Assembly: GCA_028534125.1 (NCBI GenBank)
Contig: JAPYYK010000045.1
Coordinates: 186,001-250,000 of the forward strand
From: Lama glama
Taxonomy: Eukaryota
Direction of reading: 5' to 3'
Length of the DNA stretch: 64,000 bases
Part shown: one piece after another, positions 35,765 through 50,000 of the stretch
How positions within the stretch are numbered: the stretch's first letter is position 1
How the letters are laid out: every line of letters begins with the position of its first letter
Translations under genes and position numbers: made by a program
The notes under the pieces: model-generated
Told to the model about the DNA's origin: nothing
What the model saw: the letters and a program-made list of their open reading frames with translations, nothing else
The model's database searches: none

Positions 35765-38700
35765 GGCGGCGGCCGGCGCGAGGCGGGCGCTGCGCGGCTC
35801 GGCCCAGCTGTGCAGCCCAGAGGCTCCTCCTCCACTGTCCAGTTGTGCCCCTGCCCCTGTCCTCCCTCCTCTTAAAGACCGCCCTCCCTCCGGTGGCTGT
35901 GAGGAGCGGCCCCGCAGAGGCGGAGGAGAAGCCTGGCTCTCATCGCCCCCCGGGCCTGTCCTTGCTGCATGCCCGCACGCCCTCGCCCCACAGCTCCACC
36001 CGGGCCTCGGCCCGCAAGGCTCCTCCTGTTTCCCGAGCGCCTGGACCAGCAAGATGGCAGCACCTGCTGTTTCCCGGCAGAAGGCAGCGCCGTGGCCGAC
36101 GACCCGTGTGGGCGGCTCTCCTGGAGGGGGGCTGGGCTGGTGAGGCGTGCGGGACCCCAACCAAGAGCATCCACTGTGCAAGAGGGCGGCCCTCCTGCGA
36201 GAGGCCCCTGCAGCCCCCAGGCGGCTGTGTGGGAAGCCAGGTTTTCCAGAGCTCGGCCGAACCCTGATGCCAGCCGGGCCTCCCCTCCCCCACTGCCAGG
36301 GGCTTTCTGGACAAGAGGACTGAACCCTTGGCTGGACTGGCCTGTCAGTCCCGGGACAACAGTTCACATCAAACCATGAAGAAGCAGAAGCCCCATTTCC
36401 CCGAAACAGCGAATGAAGCCACGGGAGACGGAGGCTGGCACTCACCCCCCACTCACGCCTGCGCTTTTCCCTTTTCCTCTGAGTGGAGCAGTGCTATCTG
36501 AAGGCCCACTACCTGTTCAGAGCCAGAGCACCTTGAAGGGAAGGTTTCAATTCCTTAGTTCCCCCGAGGCCCAGGTAAGAAGGGGAGGACGGGGCGGATG
36601 GAACAGAGCCCCCTTCCCCCCTCGCACCTATGGGAGGGGGCTGCGGGGGGGCTGCCATTCCTTAGGGGGCTTCTCTGTGAGTCCCAAGGAGCCGGCGTCC
36701 TTTCCAGATGGTGGTGGAGGACGCCGCACAGTCACTTGTGTGCCCTCCCCTTTGGTCCCCAGCGTTGATAAAAGCCATATATATGTTAGTCAAGTTTGCA
36801 CTGAGTCTCCTTCCAAACTTCCGCCTGGGTGAGAGCGTCGGCCCCCACTTGGCCACCCTGGCCTCCCTTCAGCCCCAGGCCCTCGCCGTCCCTGCACCAC
36901 AGAACACCCGTGGCTTTCCCAGAGCTCGGACTGTCTCCCCTTTCCCAGAGAAAACGGCAGCATGGCCTGTCCTGCCCCGTCCTGGCCACCTCGGGTCCCG
37001 CGGCTCCTGAGACGGGGCCAGCAGGAGGAAGGTGCCGTGTCTTGGAAGGAAGGGAGAAGGGCCTGGGTCTCCGCTTGGCCGCGTTCCGTGGTTGGAGTTG
37101 CTGGTGAGGAAACCCCTCCACACCAGGAACAGGCTGGGAGGCAGGGCCCCGCCTGGCCCATCTCAGGACCCCAGCTCCTTCCTGCCCGCGGCCCTCGGCT
37201 TTCACTGGGCTGTGTGTGTTTACTAGGACGCGGACGATGCCTGTGAGCTCTGGTCCTTGGGGCCAGAGTCGTGGGACAAAAGGGAGCCCTCGGGACCTGC
37301 GTGACCACAAAGCAGAGTGTCCCGGCCTGGACACCAGGGGTCACTGGACTCTCCCCCCCTCCCCAGAGCTGTGGGACTTGGTGCTTTCTCAGGGTCTCCC
37401 CCGCCGTATCCCACAGACCGTGTCTGCGGCAGCCCCCATCACTCTCACCTGACCCTCCCCACGCACCTTCTAGTGCCCCGGGGTCTTCTCTGCCAGGCAC
37501 ACCTCCTCCGCCCTCCCCGCCCGAGACTTGCCTCCCTCCTGACGGGAAGGAGTGAACAGGAGCTCCTTACGGGTGGGGGGCCGTGTCTGGCAAGGCACAG
37601 GGCTGTGGCTTGCCCTGGGCCCCTCTGGTGAGCAGCCTGAGGGGTGGGGACAGGTTGCTGAGAGGCTGAGTGGGCATCGGGGTGTCCTCCCTGGGGTCTG
37701 GCTGGTCCTGGGTGGGCACTTGGCCTGGACAAGCTGTCCCAGCACAAGGGTTTGTGAGTTTTCTGCACTTGAGGGTGGTCACTCAAACCCCAGGGCATCT
37801 TCCTTGCTATTAGGCGTGCTGCTGGGGGCCAAGTGCTGGGGCGCAGGCCCCGAGTGGGACGGACAGACTAAGCTTCTGGTGGGGCGGTTCTGGGGCCCCC
37901 CCACCCCGGCTGCCAGTTTTCAGTCCTAAGTCTATTCCAGAGAAAGGAAAACAGCGGAGGTGATTTTTCACAAAGGGACTGAGACCCATCCCACCCAGAA
38001 TCTGGAGGTGAGGCCAGAAAGCTCTGTTTTCTGCTCTCTCCTTGAACAATCATTTCAGAATGGGAGCTAATCGCCAGGGCCATGGGCAGGTTTTCGGATG
38101 CCGGCTGCAGAGCTGAGGTCTGGGGGAAGAAGCCTTGGCAGCCCCAGACGTGTGGCCAGGTGCCGGGTGTGGATGAGGAATGCCCCCGAGGTCCCTCAGC
38201 TGGCGGAGGGGGGACAGCAGGGCCGAAACAGCCTTCTTCTTCCCAGGAAACCATATGCATCTTGTGCTTCTGCAGAATCAGTCTGGGACAATTTTGCTGG
38301 TCCAGGGCTTCAGCGGGGGGGAGGGGGGACCCCATGGGTCGACCCAGCACCCTATAAACCTGCTCTCAGTGGGGGTGCTGGGTGAGCAGACAGCTGGTCG
38401 GGGAGACAGAGGGTCCCTGTCTTTTCAGTGTCTGGGGTTAATCCTCAGTCTCCTCGAATTAACCTCACAGAGGGGGGGTCCCTGGCGCTCCCACCCCCCA
38501 AAAAGGCAGGAAGAGGCAGAGCCAGGAACTGCCCTCCTCCCCCACCACGGACCCTCCTCCCACCCGCTGCCTGCCTCAGGCTGGTGGAGTCCCCAGGCTG
38601 GGTCGTGGTGGCACACAGCCCCGTGACATGGCTGCCAGCTGTGGCAATGACAGTACAGGGCACCAAGTTAAGTTTGGGTTTCGGGTAAACAAAGAATGCT

Positions 38701-40530
38701 GAAGTGTCAGTCGGTCCCAGAGGACACACAGGACACGCTGCCCCTCCCGAAACTCAGACCTAGCTGGCCCCCCGCTGCCTTCCAGCCCTGGCCCCCTGCC
38801 GCCCCTGCCCGCCCCCAGCCCCGGGGGCAGGGACTGGGCGCCAGATCTTACGGCACCCATTTCTCGAGCTGCAATATTGGGAAGGGGACACTGTGGCTTG
38901 AAGACACAAGAATATATTTTTTAAGTGACGACAAAACAAGAACCTTCTGAAGCCGTCTGAGCCTCGTCTGCCCCACGTGTTTAGTCACATACGAAGAACA
39001 CAGCTGCCCGTAAACGCGCACCCTGATCCTGGCAGTCAAGACGCATGTCCCCGAGTCTGCGCAGCCGCATGGCCATGCTGAGCTCTGCCCCCACCCTCTG
39101 GGCACAGCCGAGGCAGCGCCTTCAAGTTCACACCATGTGACGTCCACCCCCTCCCCCGCTTCATCCAACAGACCTGGTCAGAGGCTCGGGGGCCACGGGC
39201 TCCCCGCTGGCCGGCCCCCAGCCGCAGAGCTGGCCCTTGCAGCCCCATATCCAGCCTGGTGTCCGGGTCCCGTCACTCCTGTCTGTATGTGTGGTGGCCC
39301 CTTCTGCCCACTGTTCGAATTAACTGAAAAGCCATAAAGGGGCCTCCTGCTGGAGACTTCCTCCGGGAGCCCCCGTGTCCCTGACTGGCTCCCCACAGGT
39401 CACTTGCGAAGGGCTCGCCATCGTCCCCCCTGCCTTCAGCCCCGTGTCGTGCCATGAGGACGGATGGTGCCCAGGGCTTCTGGTGGGGCTCCATGACGTC
39501 CTGGCAGCCCCGCGCCCTCACCTGGGTTTGATGGTCCAAATCCATCTCCACTGGGTGGACAGGCAGTGGTGGGGGCTCCACAGTTGGGCCCCAAGGAGGC
39601 GACCAGGAGTCTCAGAAGCTGTCAGCAGCTTGGTCTGTGGTCAGGCCCCCAGGACCACCTGGGTTGACAGACTCAGCCCTGCTTGCTTAACCCAGTGGCG
39701 TGGGGGGCCATGGACAGCGGTGGGTAGGACCTCGGGGGGAACACAGTGGGCGAAGCTCCCCCACGAGCTCCCTCCTGCTGTCGGGCAGGGAGACCCCTGG
39801 AGGGGGCCTCCTCTGAGGGTGGTGGTGCCGGTCTGGCTTCAAGGGACACTCAGGAGAGACTCCTGCAGACCCTCCGCTAGCTCCCCAGGCCAACACCAGC
39901 CAGCTGACCCCTGAGGGAGGAAGGGAGGTGGGGGGACGGAGGGCTGAACCGAGGGACGTGTGCGCCCGGCCTGCAGCCCCAAGCCGGGCACCTGATGGGA
40001 CGAGGGAGGGGAGGGGGAGTGCTGGGAGGTGGGCTCCACGCTTTACACACCAGGACCCTTGTGCTGGGGTGTGGAGGGCGATGCCTTCTCAGCCCTGGGA
40101 CCCTCCCCTCCCCACACCCCCCAGGGGAGACAGACATGGAGGAGGCAGCTGAGGGCCTGCCTGGCCAGCAAGGTGGCTGTGCTGGGCGAGAGCCCTCCTC
40201 AGCTGCTGGGACCCCAGGACCCTTGTCTAAGGAGCTCAGCGTACTGCCCTGACTCCTCCAAGGTTTTGATTTGCTGCTTCTGAAATCCTGGGATCTGAAA
40301 ACCTCCAGACCGCGGTGGGCAGGCCCCAGGCCACCTGGGACTGCACGGCCCCACCAGGACCCTGCTTTTGTCGTCACTGGAAAGACGTGTGTGTAGCCCA
40401 CCCTCTGGCTCCCGCTTGGCAATGCCCCCACCCCCCTTACATGGACCCTTGTTCTTGTCTGATCTCTTGTCAAATTGTCATTTTGTAACGAGCTGCATCT
40501 CCTTATTAAAGAAATGAGCTGAAAGGAGTG
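35765..40530 (+). other. SYT2: SYT2 3' UTR (probable extent)
   Basis: Runs from the stop to ATTAAA at 40505-40510, which has an upstream TTTTGTA element and a downstream GT/G-rich tract. Confidence 0.6.
40505..40510 (+). terminator. SYT2: Candidate SYT2 polyadenylation signal ATTAAA
   Basis: ATTAAA in a local AT-rich patch, with UGUA upstream and a GU-rich element downstream. Confidence 0.6.
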
Positions 40531-41674
40531 TGGGGTGGGGGTGCCTCTGGTTGTTCCTGCTGGGCTCAAGGAGACCAGACCGGCTCTCCCCAGGTGGGTG
40601 GGGGGCACACGGGACCCTCACAGCCACTTTCTGGAGGAAGGTCTTCGGGGAGGCTGGGGATTTCCTTCCAGCAGAGCTGGGCTCGGGGCCAGCCACAGTC
40701 TAAGTCCCAAGAACTCAGGTGGCTGGCCCCGGGGAACGGGCGTTTGAACAGTGAGAATTCCTGCGAAGTCCTCCATCGCAAAGACCTCCGAGGCAAAGGT
40801 GTTGGGGCCAAGGATAGGGTCTCAAGGATTTTTAAGGAAAGAGGAAGCAGGGCAGGACCCCCTCGCCCCTCACCGACCTGGGTCTCACCTCAACCTCTGG
40901 GCCCGTCTCCTGGGTGAGAGCCTGGTCTCTGCGGCGGGTGGAAGGCAGCACCCGCGCTTGGGTCCACACCCCGGGGCGTGAAGGCAGTCAGGCTGGGCTC
41001 GGGGGCGGGTGAGGTGGGCGTTGAGTCTGTTCGGTGCGAGGGCTGGGCAGACTTTCGGGGACAGCGGGAGGGGCTGGACCTCATGGCCGTTCGGTGATGC
41101 CCAGTCTCTGCCAACTGCCAGGTCCAGTGGGGACCCAGACAACCGACGTTGCTGGCTGGAAGCCCTCATGCCAGACCTGCTCCCGTGCCAGGGCAGTCTG
41201 AACTCTCTGTCCACGATTTGGGACATAGCAGCTGAGTGTCCGCAGGGAGGAGGAGTCCCCCCTCCCTGACTGCCTGCAGTCTGACTCAGCGAGGGGGCGA
41301 GCAAACCAGAGGACGCTGGGGCTGGAGAGGGACCAGCTGCGCGAGGCCAGGTCTGGCCCTCCCCTGAGTTTGGACTTAACCTCCGATGACCTCTCAGCTG
41401 CTTTTACAGTTTGGAGCCATGGAGTGGTTCTGGCTCTCCGGAACCGAGTGGTGGCCTCGGACAGACCACTCTGCACATACAGAGGGCGGACACCCTGGGA
41501 GCCTAGGGGCCCACGGTCTGGGCCCCAGCCACGTGCGAGCATCAGCGCCTGTCATTGGAGGTGGGGCCTCGGTCCTTCTGAGCCCCTGGGACCGAGGGAT
41601 GACGACATAAAATTAGAACAGCCTGGCCCAGGTGCGAGATGCTATAAAGCCCATTTCCTACACTGGAGACACAG

Positions 41675-44600
41675 TCACAAAGTTAAAACACGGTTTAATT
41701 TACTCCTTTATAAATACTGTTGTGTTTACAGGCATCATACAGATGTGAATATTATTCCCAAACTTTCAAACACAGAACACTTAATAATAATACTATATAA
41801 TCACAACCAGTAAAACAAAATCATTCATCTCAGGGTTGAAAGGCCACTCAAAATTGCATAAAAGTACATTCAGCTCACAAAGCGAGTCTGGGTCCTCCTT
41901 AAGCACCCAGCCCCAGCCCAGGCGTATTTACAGCGGAGCCGAGTTAAAGCAGCTCCATCTGGTGCTTTCAAGGCAGGACGGCAGGCCCGGGGGAGGGGCG
42001 ACATGGCCAGAGACAAATGCTGCCCTGCAGCGGGGAATGGAGACCCCCAGGTAGCTCCCAAGAGCTCTTCCCCGCAGATCAAAGTGATGGGGGGGGCGGG
42101 GGGAGGGACCAGGAAGCTGCGGCCTGAGTCAACCAGAGAACAGGCAACAGGCGTCTCCCCCACGGGATGGGGGCACAGTCCCTCCCTCCTTGACCTGGGT
42201 GCCAGCCAAGGGGCAGCCTCAGCCTTCCAGGGGCCCAAGGGGCCCTCCCACCCCTGCAGCCCACCCCCCAGGGTCCAGGGGAGCTGGCACCCAGCCTGCC
42301 TCACGTCCAGGACCCGCACACACCCCCGTGGAGGCCTTCCCCGCATCCGCTCCTGCGAGGCAGTGCCGGCTGAGCTGCCTCCCCAGACCCACTGATGGGT
42401 TGAGCTGCTCTCCCGAGGAGACCCAGCCTGTCTCTGACTGGAAAGAGGGCCAAGTGGACCATGGCCAGGCCTCACAGCCAGGGAGCTCTGGACCTGGAAA
42501 AGCAGTGTGTGCTCCTCCAGGAACCAGGCTGATGTGAGGACGCCTCCCCTCCTAAGTGAGGAGAGGAGGAAGCACGTGGGGGCAGACAAGGAGCAGGGAG
42601 GGTGAAGGTGTGTTTATTTCAGGGGATGTGCGAGCACCCTGATGTCACCTTCCAGGGCTACCCAAGGGAAGGTTTACTGGGAGTGCCAGGACAGACTTAC
42701 AGTCCAAACGAAGAGCCGGCTAATCAAAGCAGCTCAGAGAGGAGCCGGCTGGGGTAGGGGGCTGGGGGCGGGCAAAGAGAGGGGTTAACAGAACACGCGT
42801 GGACAGAACCGGGCCATCAGGAACACGCCCAACTGTGCTCTGAAATCTCGGGACAGCCAGCGTGTGTGCGCACACGGGCTGGGAACAGGGTGGCCCCCAA
42901 GTGAGAATGGAACAGCCCTGGGGGTCGGAGTCTGCCTCCAGCTCCTGGGCACCTGCTTCAACCTGACGACCAACCACAGCCCTCACAGAGCGATGCCGAC
43001 ACAGCTCCTGGGCCACAGTGAAGCGGACCCACTTTCCAGTCTCACCAGTGCGTGGTCAACAGCAGTCACTGACAGGCCCTGCTGCTCCTGAGACACCCGG
43101 GGGAGCAGACGAAGTCACCCATGAGGCAGCCCCCACCCCAGGCCCCAACCTTCGTCTGCCAGCGCTCACAACTGGGCCTCTTCCTACCTCCAGAGCCGCC
43201 GGTGCTGCCACCCATCCAGAGCTGGGTGCTGACCTACGCAACTCGGTTGCGCGGGCTCGGAGGTGTGAACTCAGGGCCCTGGTGTCTCCACTGCAGGCCG
43301 GCTCCCGCTGCCGACAGCCCACGTCCAGATCTGACAGATCAGCAGGACACAGGTGGGGCTTCCATCAGGGGAGGTGCTCCTGCTGCTCAGGGCAGACCTG
43401 AGACTGAGCCGGCCGGGTAGAGAAACACCGCCTGCAGCCTGGACGCCCGGAGCCGCGTGCCCACACTCGACACGGCCCAGGAGAGGCATGCAGGACACGA
43501 GGCAGCAGCTCTCCCCACCCCACAAACTGGTTCCTGCCCGTGTCCACCTCCTCTGGCCTCTGCGCTCCTGCACCCACCCAGCCCTCGGGAGGAGAGTGGT
43601 GACCCGGCACCGAGTCCACCCTCCAACCCGATGTGCTCTCAGTTTGAGTCGAGAAGAAAACAAGAATTCTTAAACTTAGAAAGAGCAAAACTTCTGAATT
43701 TGAGAATGTTATCTCCCAGGAATAAACGAATCAGAGTTTCAAGCACAGAGGGGCGGGGTGCCCATCCCAGCCTCACTTCAGACGGGCCACGCGCTAGAGC
43801 CCAGGGAACCCAGACGTTCTGATCGCTGGGTCCCTCCACACTGCCTCACTTACTGGGTCAGGGGCTCACGTCCTCTGAGGTGCTGAAACCTGACTTAAAA
43901 ACCAGCATGGGGACCAAGATCTGCAGAAGCAGCTGGGCCCAGGACCTCCTGTGACTGACAACAGGGTCAGGGAGGGAAGGACACCAGCGGGACCAGGAGC
44001 CCCCTCTTGACTCAGCTGACACCCTCCCTTTCAAGGTGCAAAGCTGAGTAACTGCAGTGCCGCCCCGTGGCCACCTTGCAACAAAGGCCAGCAGCTGGGA
44101 CCCTCTGCCCCATGACCTGGCTGAAATGCTGGCCCTTCTCGTGTCTGTTTTGGCGGGGAGAGGCTGCACGGGGGTCCGACATCCAGAGACGGAATCGAGT
44201 GCCCGGCTCCTCAAACTGCTGCTCTCAGTTCTGCTCCAGTAAAGGCCCTGGTGCAGGAATAGGAGTCCACGCGCCTCTGTGGGGCCCACGCCTCCTCCCT
44301 CCCTGAGCAGAGCTAACACGCACACGTCCGATCAGGGCAGGGGAGTGGATCAAAGGACCCCCAACAAAAACCTGAGCCCTCCCCCACCAGAGGCTGCCGA
44401 GACACGTGCATCTTGGCCTCAGACAAGGAGTGGGTGTGGGAGAGGCCTGGGAGGCCCTAGGAGAGCACATGCCCATGGGCAGGAAGAGGAGGCGGGTGGG
44501 AGGCTCTGGGGTCCAGACGAGACTGCCCAGCGGAGTCAGGGCCCCGATCGGCTGGGCCTGGGGCTGGGGTCCTCGTGCCCAGGAGCCCCAAGGAAGGAGA

Positions 44601-46930
44601 AGTGGCCTTGGAAGACACGGAGCCGAAGCTCAGGCCAGAGACGCTCGGGAATGGCCGGTCCTCACTCCCACAGGTGCAGCGAACCAACGAGGAGGACCCT
44701 CCACCCGATGCTGATGCCCCTAGCCAGACCTGCGGTGACCAGGTGGGCTGCCACCAGGCCCACCGCCCCTGCAGCAGCACAGCTTGAAGAAACGGGACCG
44801 CAGCCTCTGGAAGAGACGGAGTTGAGAGTCCACCTAACAAAGTGAATTGCATACGAGAGAGCTCCTGAGGTCGTGGGAGGGTTTACACCGTCCTGAGCTC
44901 CAGCCACAGAGCCCAGCGGTCCTGAGGGGAAGGCCTGTGTGACAGAAGGCTGCGAGCATGCAGGACATGCCGCCGGGCTCTGGAGCCGCCCACACTCCTG
45001 AAAGGCACTGACCGAGCCGGGGAGCTCCCTGCAGCCCCTCGCCTCGCCTGTCTACGCAAGAGGGTCAAAGTGCTTTCTAGTAAGTTGATTTCTTTTCCTG
45101 AGAAAGAGGCAGCAGGCACACCAGTCCTGCCCCAACACCCAGGACGGAGCAGACGCTTGTGGTGCAAGGTTCGAACTTCAGTCTCATCAGCGTCCCCGAG
45201 ACAACACAAAGCCTCACCGGCCGTCACTGCCGTTAGATAACGGCTGGACGTGGAAGAGGGTGGGTACTCTAGGAAAACGGGTTTTGTCAGAGGAGACGTG
45301 TTCCCTGCTCTGGGTTTGGGACCTTGGATTATAGCTTCTGAGTTAAAGAGCACATGATGTCTCTGAGGGCCAGGGAGAACATTTCATTTTCCAGAGAGAA
45401 AAAACGGACAGAGGTAGCGTGTATTGAGAACAGACCACTACACCCTGAATGTCACCAGCAACCCTAACATGACCTGCACACTCAAGATAAACCAACCATG
45501 GAATAAAGCTCCCACCACGAGCAGGTGCTTACGTACTAATGCTGGGTCATCGCCAAGAACTAGCAATTTAACTTCGGCTGGACTAAAGGAGCTGTCTGTC
45601 CAATACTAATTTTAAAAGGTGGATTTTTGTTCAGAGAACAGCGAGACGGGACAGGCGTGAAAGACACGTGGGCAACGATTCACAGGATGGGGTGTCCCCT
45701 GGAAGGAGACCACGGGTCAGCAACCGCCCAGGCCCACGAGGCTGCCGTGCTAGAGGAACCCCGGACAGTCAGCCGAGTCCACGGAAGGCTCCATGCACGT
45801 GAGGAACCCTTTCCACTACCAGAGTGGCCCAGCTCTCGAGGAATACGCGCACAGCCACCAGAGGCTACCTGGCCGGGGTCGAGGGGCAGGGCTTCCCCAG
45901 GACCCCAGGCCTCCCCACGCCAGGACTCCGCGACTCACTGAGGGTTTTAAAGTGACTCATCCTTTTAACTCTCTGTTGTGAAGTCACTTCTCCCGCTGGT
46001 GTCTCAGAAGACAAGCACCTCTCCCCTAGATCCCGCCCCAGAGTCACCAAGGTCATGGCCACCCTCAAGCACAGCGGCTCTCATCCTCCGTTTCTTGTCA
46101 TGAGGGTGCAGTGGCCTCGGACCTCCCTCCACCCAGTGCATCTCTGTCCCCCACGCCCCCCACCTCCACGCCTCCTGCAATGGCGTGGTTTCTCCGCCGG
46201 AGCAGGAGGAGGTCAGGGGAGGCAGGGCAGTGGGTGTGCAGAGAGCAGACTTTCTCATGAGGAAACTCGTGTGAGATGAGAGGGCAGCTGCATCGCAGGG
46301 AGAGGCCAGGGGCCTCCAAGGCTAAGAGCCAGCATCAGGGGCCTGACCCAGGTCTATACCACACAGCACGCGGGCTGGGGCATCATGGAGAAAGGACAGA
46401 AAGGGTCCAGGGCTCCCCGCGCCCTGGGGAGAGGGCGTTAAGACCACCCGGGTGTCACCACCGGCAGCAGCGGGGAGCTAGAGAAGTCAGTTCCTGAGAG
46501 GACCCCAGTGCAGAGTCACTGTCACCTTGGGATCTACCAAGCGGCTCGAAGGCGGCCTGACGTGTCCCAGCGCTGGGGCTCCTCCTGCCTCCTGGACAGG
46601 GTCCCCGTGGGGGCCCACGGGGACAGCGTAGGGCTGGGCTACTGGCCCAGGCAGAGGCCCAGCACATCTGGACCAAATCCAACGTGGACGAGGGGCTGGC
46701 AGCAGGTGCGGGGATCCTTCACACAGGACGGACCCTCCAGCCCAAGGGACCGCAACTGGGGTCCACTGAAACTGTGCTCAGACCTGGCGGGGGCTGGAGG
46801 GCGGGGCACCGACAGGGCAGAGGCGGCGCCTGGAGGGCCCAGAGCCAGGGCCTCCAGCAAACACCGCTTCTCTTGCTGGAGGGGAGGCGGGGGCGGCGGG
46901 CTGTCCTCACCCTCCAAGCCAGAGACACGT
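41675..46930 (-). other. PPP1R12B: PPP1R12B 3' UTR (probable extent)
   Basis: Lies between the TAG stop at 46931 and the candidate poly(A) signal. Confidence 0.55.
41694..41699 (-). terminator. PPP1R12B: Candidate PPP1R12B polyadenylation signal ATTAAA
   Basis: TTTAAT on + (ATTAAA on -) at the end of an AT-rich island (41680-41830) that has upstream UGUA motifs and downstream U/GU-rich sequence. A second AATAAA on - lies at 42613-42618. Confidence 0.6.
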
Positions 46931-47017
46931 CTATTTGGACAATTTGCTGATGACTCTGATGAGGGCGCCGTTCTCATCCTTCAGCCTCTGGTTGTCAGAC
47001 TTCAGTTCCGTCAGGAC
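46931..47017 (-). CDS. PPP1R12B: MYPT2 terminal exon: leucine zipper [28 protein letters not shown]
   Basis: cacag|GTC acceptor; 87 nt including TAG; canonical MYPT-family C-terminal leucine zipper. Confidence 0.96.
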   Translation of the reverse strand, partial: VLTELKSDNQRLKDENGALIRVISKLSK

Positions 47018-50000
47018 CTGTGAGGCGAGAGAAGGGGCGTCAGGGCCTGGTGACCGCCTCCGGGCCCGGCCAGCTGGCCGGCCAGCCCACTGAGGGGGCT
47101 CCCTGGGGCCTTCCTGATCACTGAGGGGCCGTGGCCCTTGGCCTGCGACACACAGGCATAAGATCCTGCTTCTCCATCTGGGAACAAGTGACGATGGCTC
47201 CCGCCCCAGCCCATCTCTGGTCCAGAGGAACTGGGGAGCCCAGGGAGCTGGGAAGACTCGGGAAGGGACTCAGGAGGGATCGCCGGGGTCGACGGGCAGA
47301 GTGAGAGGGATGCTGTCAGAACAGACGCTGGTGGGCTTCCCCTCCTGCCCACGAGACGGCTGCAGGGTCCTGCGTCTTGTGCTTTCCGTGGTAGAATCAC
47401 ACCGATTCCAACCGCTAGAGCCCAGGTGTACGTGCCCTGAGGGGCCCCGGGCCGCGGCAGCTGGGGGGAGCTGTCCACTCCAGCAGTCCTGCCGCTTTGA
47501 ACATCACAGAGCTCCCACTGCAAAGCATGGGGAGGTCAGGCACTCAAGCCGAAGTCTGAAGAGGGGCGTGGTGAGGACACAGTCTGTGTGTGACCGTGGT
47601 GGCAGCAAGAGTGAGGTCAGAGAGCAAATGCTTCTTCACCACAAAGGTGCCAGAATCTACACCCAGGTCTGTTCATTGCACATGTCCTCTCACCGGTCAC
47701 CCGGACCCACTGGACTCCAAGGCATGCGACGCCCCAGCTTCAACCCAGTTCTGCTCTGTGGTCAACCACTCAGGGATCAGTCAGATGCCGGCAAGAATGG
47801 GGCTGTTCCCTCACTGCTTCGTGGAGGATGGAGGTCCAGGTGTGAGAGATGCGTGTGCGTGGACCGCACACTCAGGGACTTGGTATCCAGGGACAGAGGA
47901 CACAGGATGGAAGGCGAGGGGGGGCTCCACTTCACAGCCCCAAGTGAGAGCTGGTTACCACGCGTCCACAGGTGATGCGGTGAGGACTGTCGTTACCGGT
48001 CCAGGCACCCAGCTGTTAAATGGCGAAGCTGACGCTGACCCTAAAGGTCACTCCTTTGGCACCAGGTGGCCTGAGGGTGGAAACAAAGCACAAGCCCAGA
48101 GGCCAAGACTCCGGCAGCGCCGTCGTTACCGATGCCCCGCGCCACGCCAGGCGCACTCCTCTCCTCTCTGGGTTTCCTTCCTGCACCTAGAAGAGGGTGG
48201 CCCTGTGCACCCGCGGACACCACACTGTGCGCTGCAGGACCCAGAACTCCTCCCCCCTGGGGCACGGGTGGGCACGTGGGTGTTCACACATGCCACTAAG
48301 AGGATATCAATCCAGAAAATGTCAAACTAGACCTTTAGTACCTCTGACCTGCCTCTCCCCAGCTCCATCAGAGCCACCGGCTGGCCCCTTCCGACTCCAT
48401 GCCTTGGCCTCAACCCCCGGAACGAGAGCTCAGGACTCGAGCCAAGAGGGTTTTAGGACAAATCCACCCAGGATGGCCCCCAGGTCCTGCAGCGGGGCAC
48501 AGAGGACGTGCTGTGTGGGACAGCTGCACGTCACTGAGGGCGGCTCAAGTCGGATCTGACCCCCCGCCCCATAAAAAGTGTACAGACACGCCGTTGAGCC
48601 TGGGAGGCTTACTTCTACGTTAAGAACTTCACTCTTTGGGAAAAAAGTTGGACAAAGCAGTTTCCCAGCTGCCCCACACGACCACCGGCATCTTGGGGGA
48701 GTCGGAGAGCAGGAGTGGAACGCAGGGGCCGCAGGGAAGCCTCCTGTCTCAGCAGAGCAAGGAGGAAGTGGAAGGGCATCTGGGGCCCACTCGAAGCCAA
48801 CAGACGGTTAAGTAAAAACACGTGAAAGCTCTACGCACACGCGGTTTAACGCCGCCTCCTCGTTCCTGGAAGGCCAGTTTACCACAGCTTGACTTTAAGG
48901 CCGACGCACATCTTCTCAGACAGGGCTGCTTCTAACTCCACAGGGAGCGCGGCAGAGAGGAGGGCGGGGCCCACGTACTGAGAGAAGGTGTCTTCTCCAG
49001 GGTTATCAGGAACCAAAACACCAACCCCCAACCCGAGAGGCAGGCAAACCCCCCTCCGCTGGTCCGGCTTCTCCCTTGGCAGGGACGGCAAGCTACTCCT
49101 GGAAAGCGCTAGGTGGAGAGCAGGGGGTCTGGAGCCCCGTGGTCACTGCTGCCGTGGCACAGAGGCACCCATGGACACACCGACACGTGGACAACGGCCA
49201 GCTCACTCCAGGCAAACTTCACTTCCAGACACTGAACGTTGACTCCGCGGGATTTTCATGTGTCATGAGACACTCCTTGCCTTCTGACTTCTTCCATCTA
49301 ACTGGCTGTGAGCCCCATGGGCGGCCGGAGCCCGCTGGCCCTGCTGGGGAAGGTCTCCGCATGGCAGAACCTTCTGGAAGTGAGACCCCCGCTGCTGGGG
49401 TCTGGGGCCTGCACTCTTGGTTTGCGTGTTGGTCCCACCACGTACTCTCTGAGTGACCTCGGGCAAGTTACTTAATCTATGACTCAGTTTTTCAACACGA
49501 CAGATGACTGTTCTGGGGAATAAATGAAAACAGCAAATGCAGCAGTCAGCACGGGCCTCTGCGGGCACAGCGGTCACTGTGTCCTCAGCTCCATAAGCTC
49601 GAGCTCCAGCTTCACCTCCTGCCACGCTGTCCCGCACGAGGAGAACCAGGAAGAACTGGAGGGTGTCTAGGGGTCCCCAGTTCGCCCGAGTCGGATATGG
49701 TTGATCTCAGGGCGTGGAGGTCGGCCCTGATGCGTGCTGGCCAGTGGGTGGGTGAGCTGTGGGGTCTGGCCCAGGAGCCCCGCCTCTGCCCTGAGCGACA
49801 GCATCTCAGCCTGACGTTAGCTCTACCACCCCCCCCCCCCGGGATGCAGGTGCATCAGATCCCGGAGTTAGTTACCAGCAGCTGACCCTGAGGGCACAAG
49901 CAACAGGCAGAAATCAGCAGGCCCAGTGGGGACCAGGGGGAACTCATTTTGGACCGTGAGCCCTCAGCAGCCCCCGCGCCGTCAGGATGGACACGCGCCA

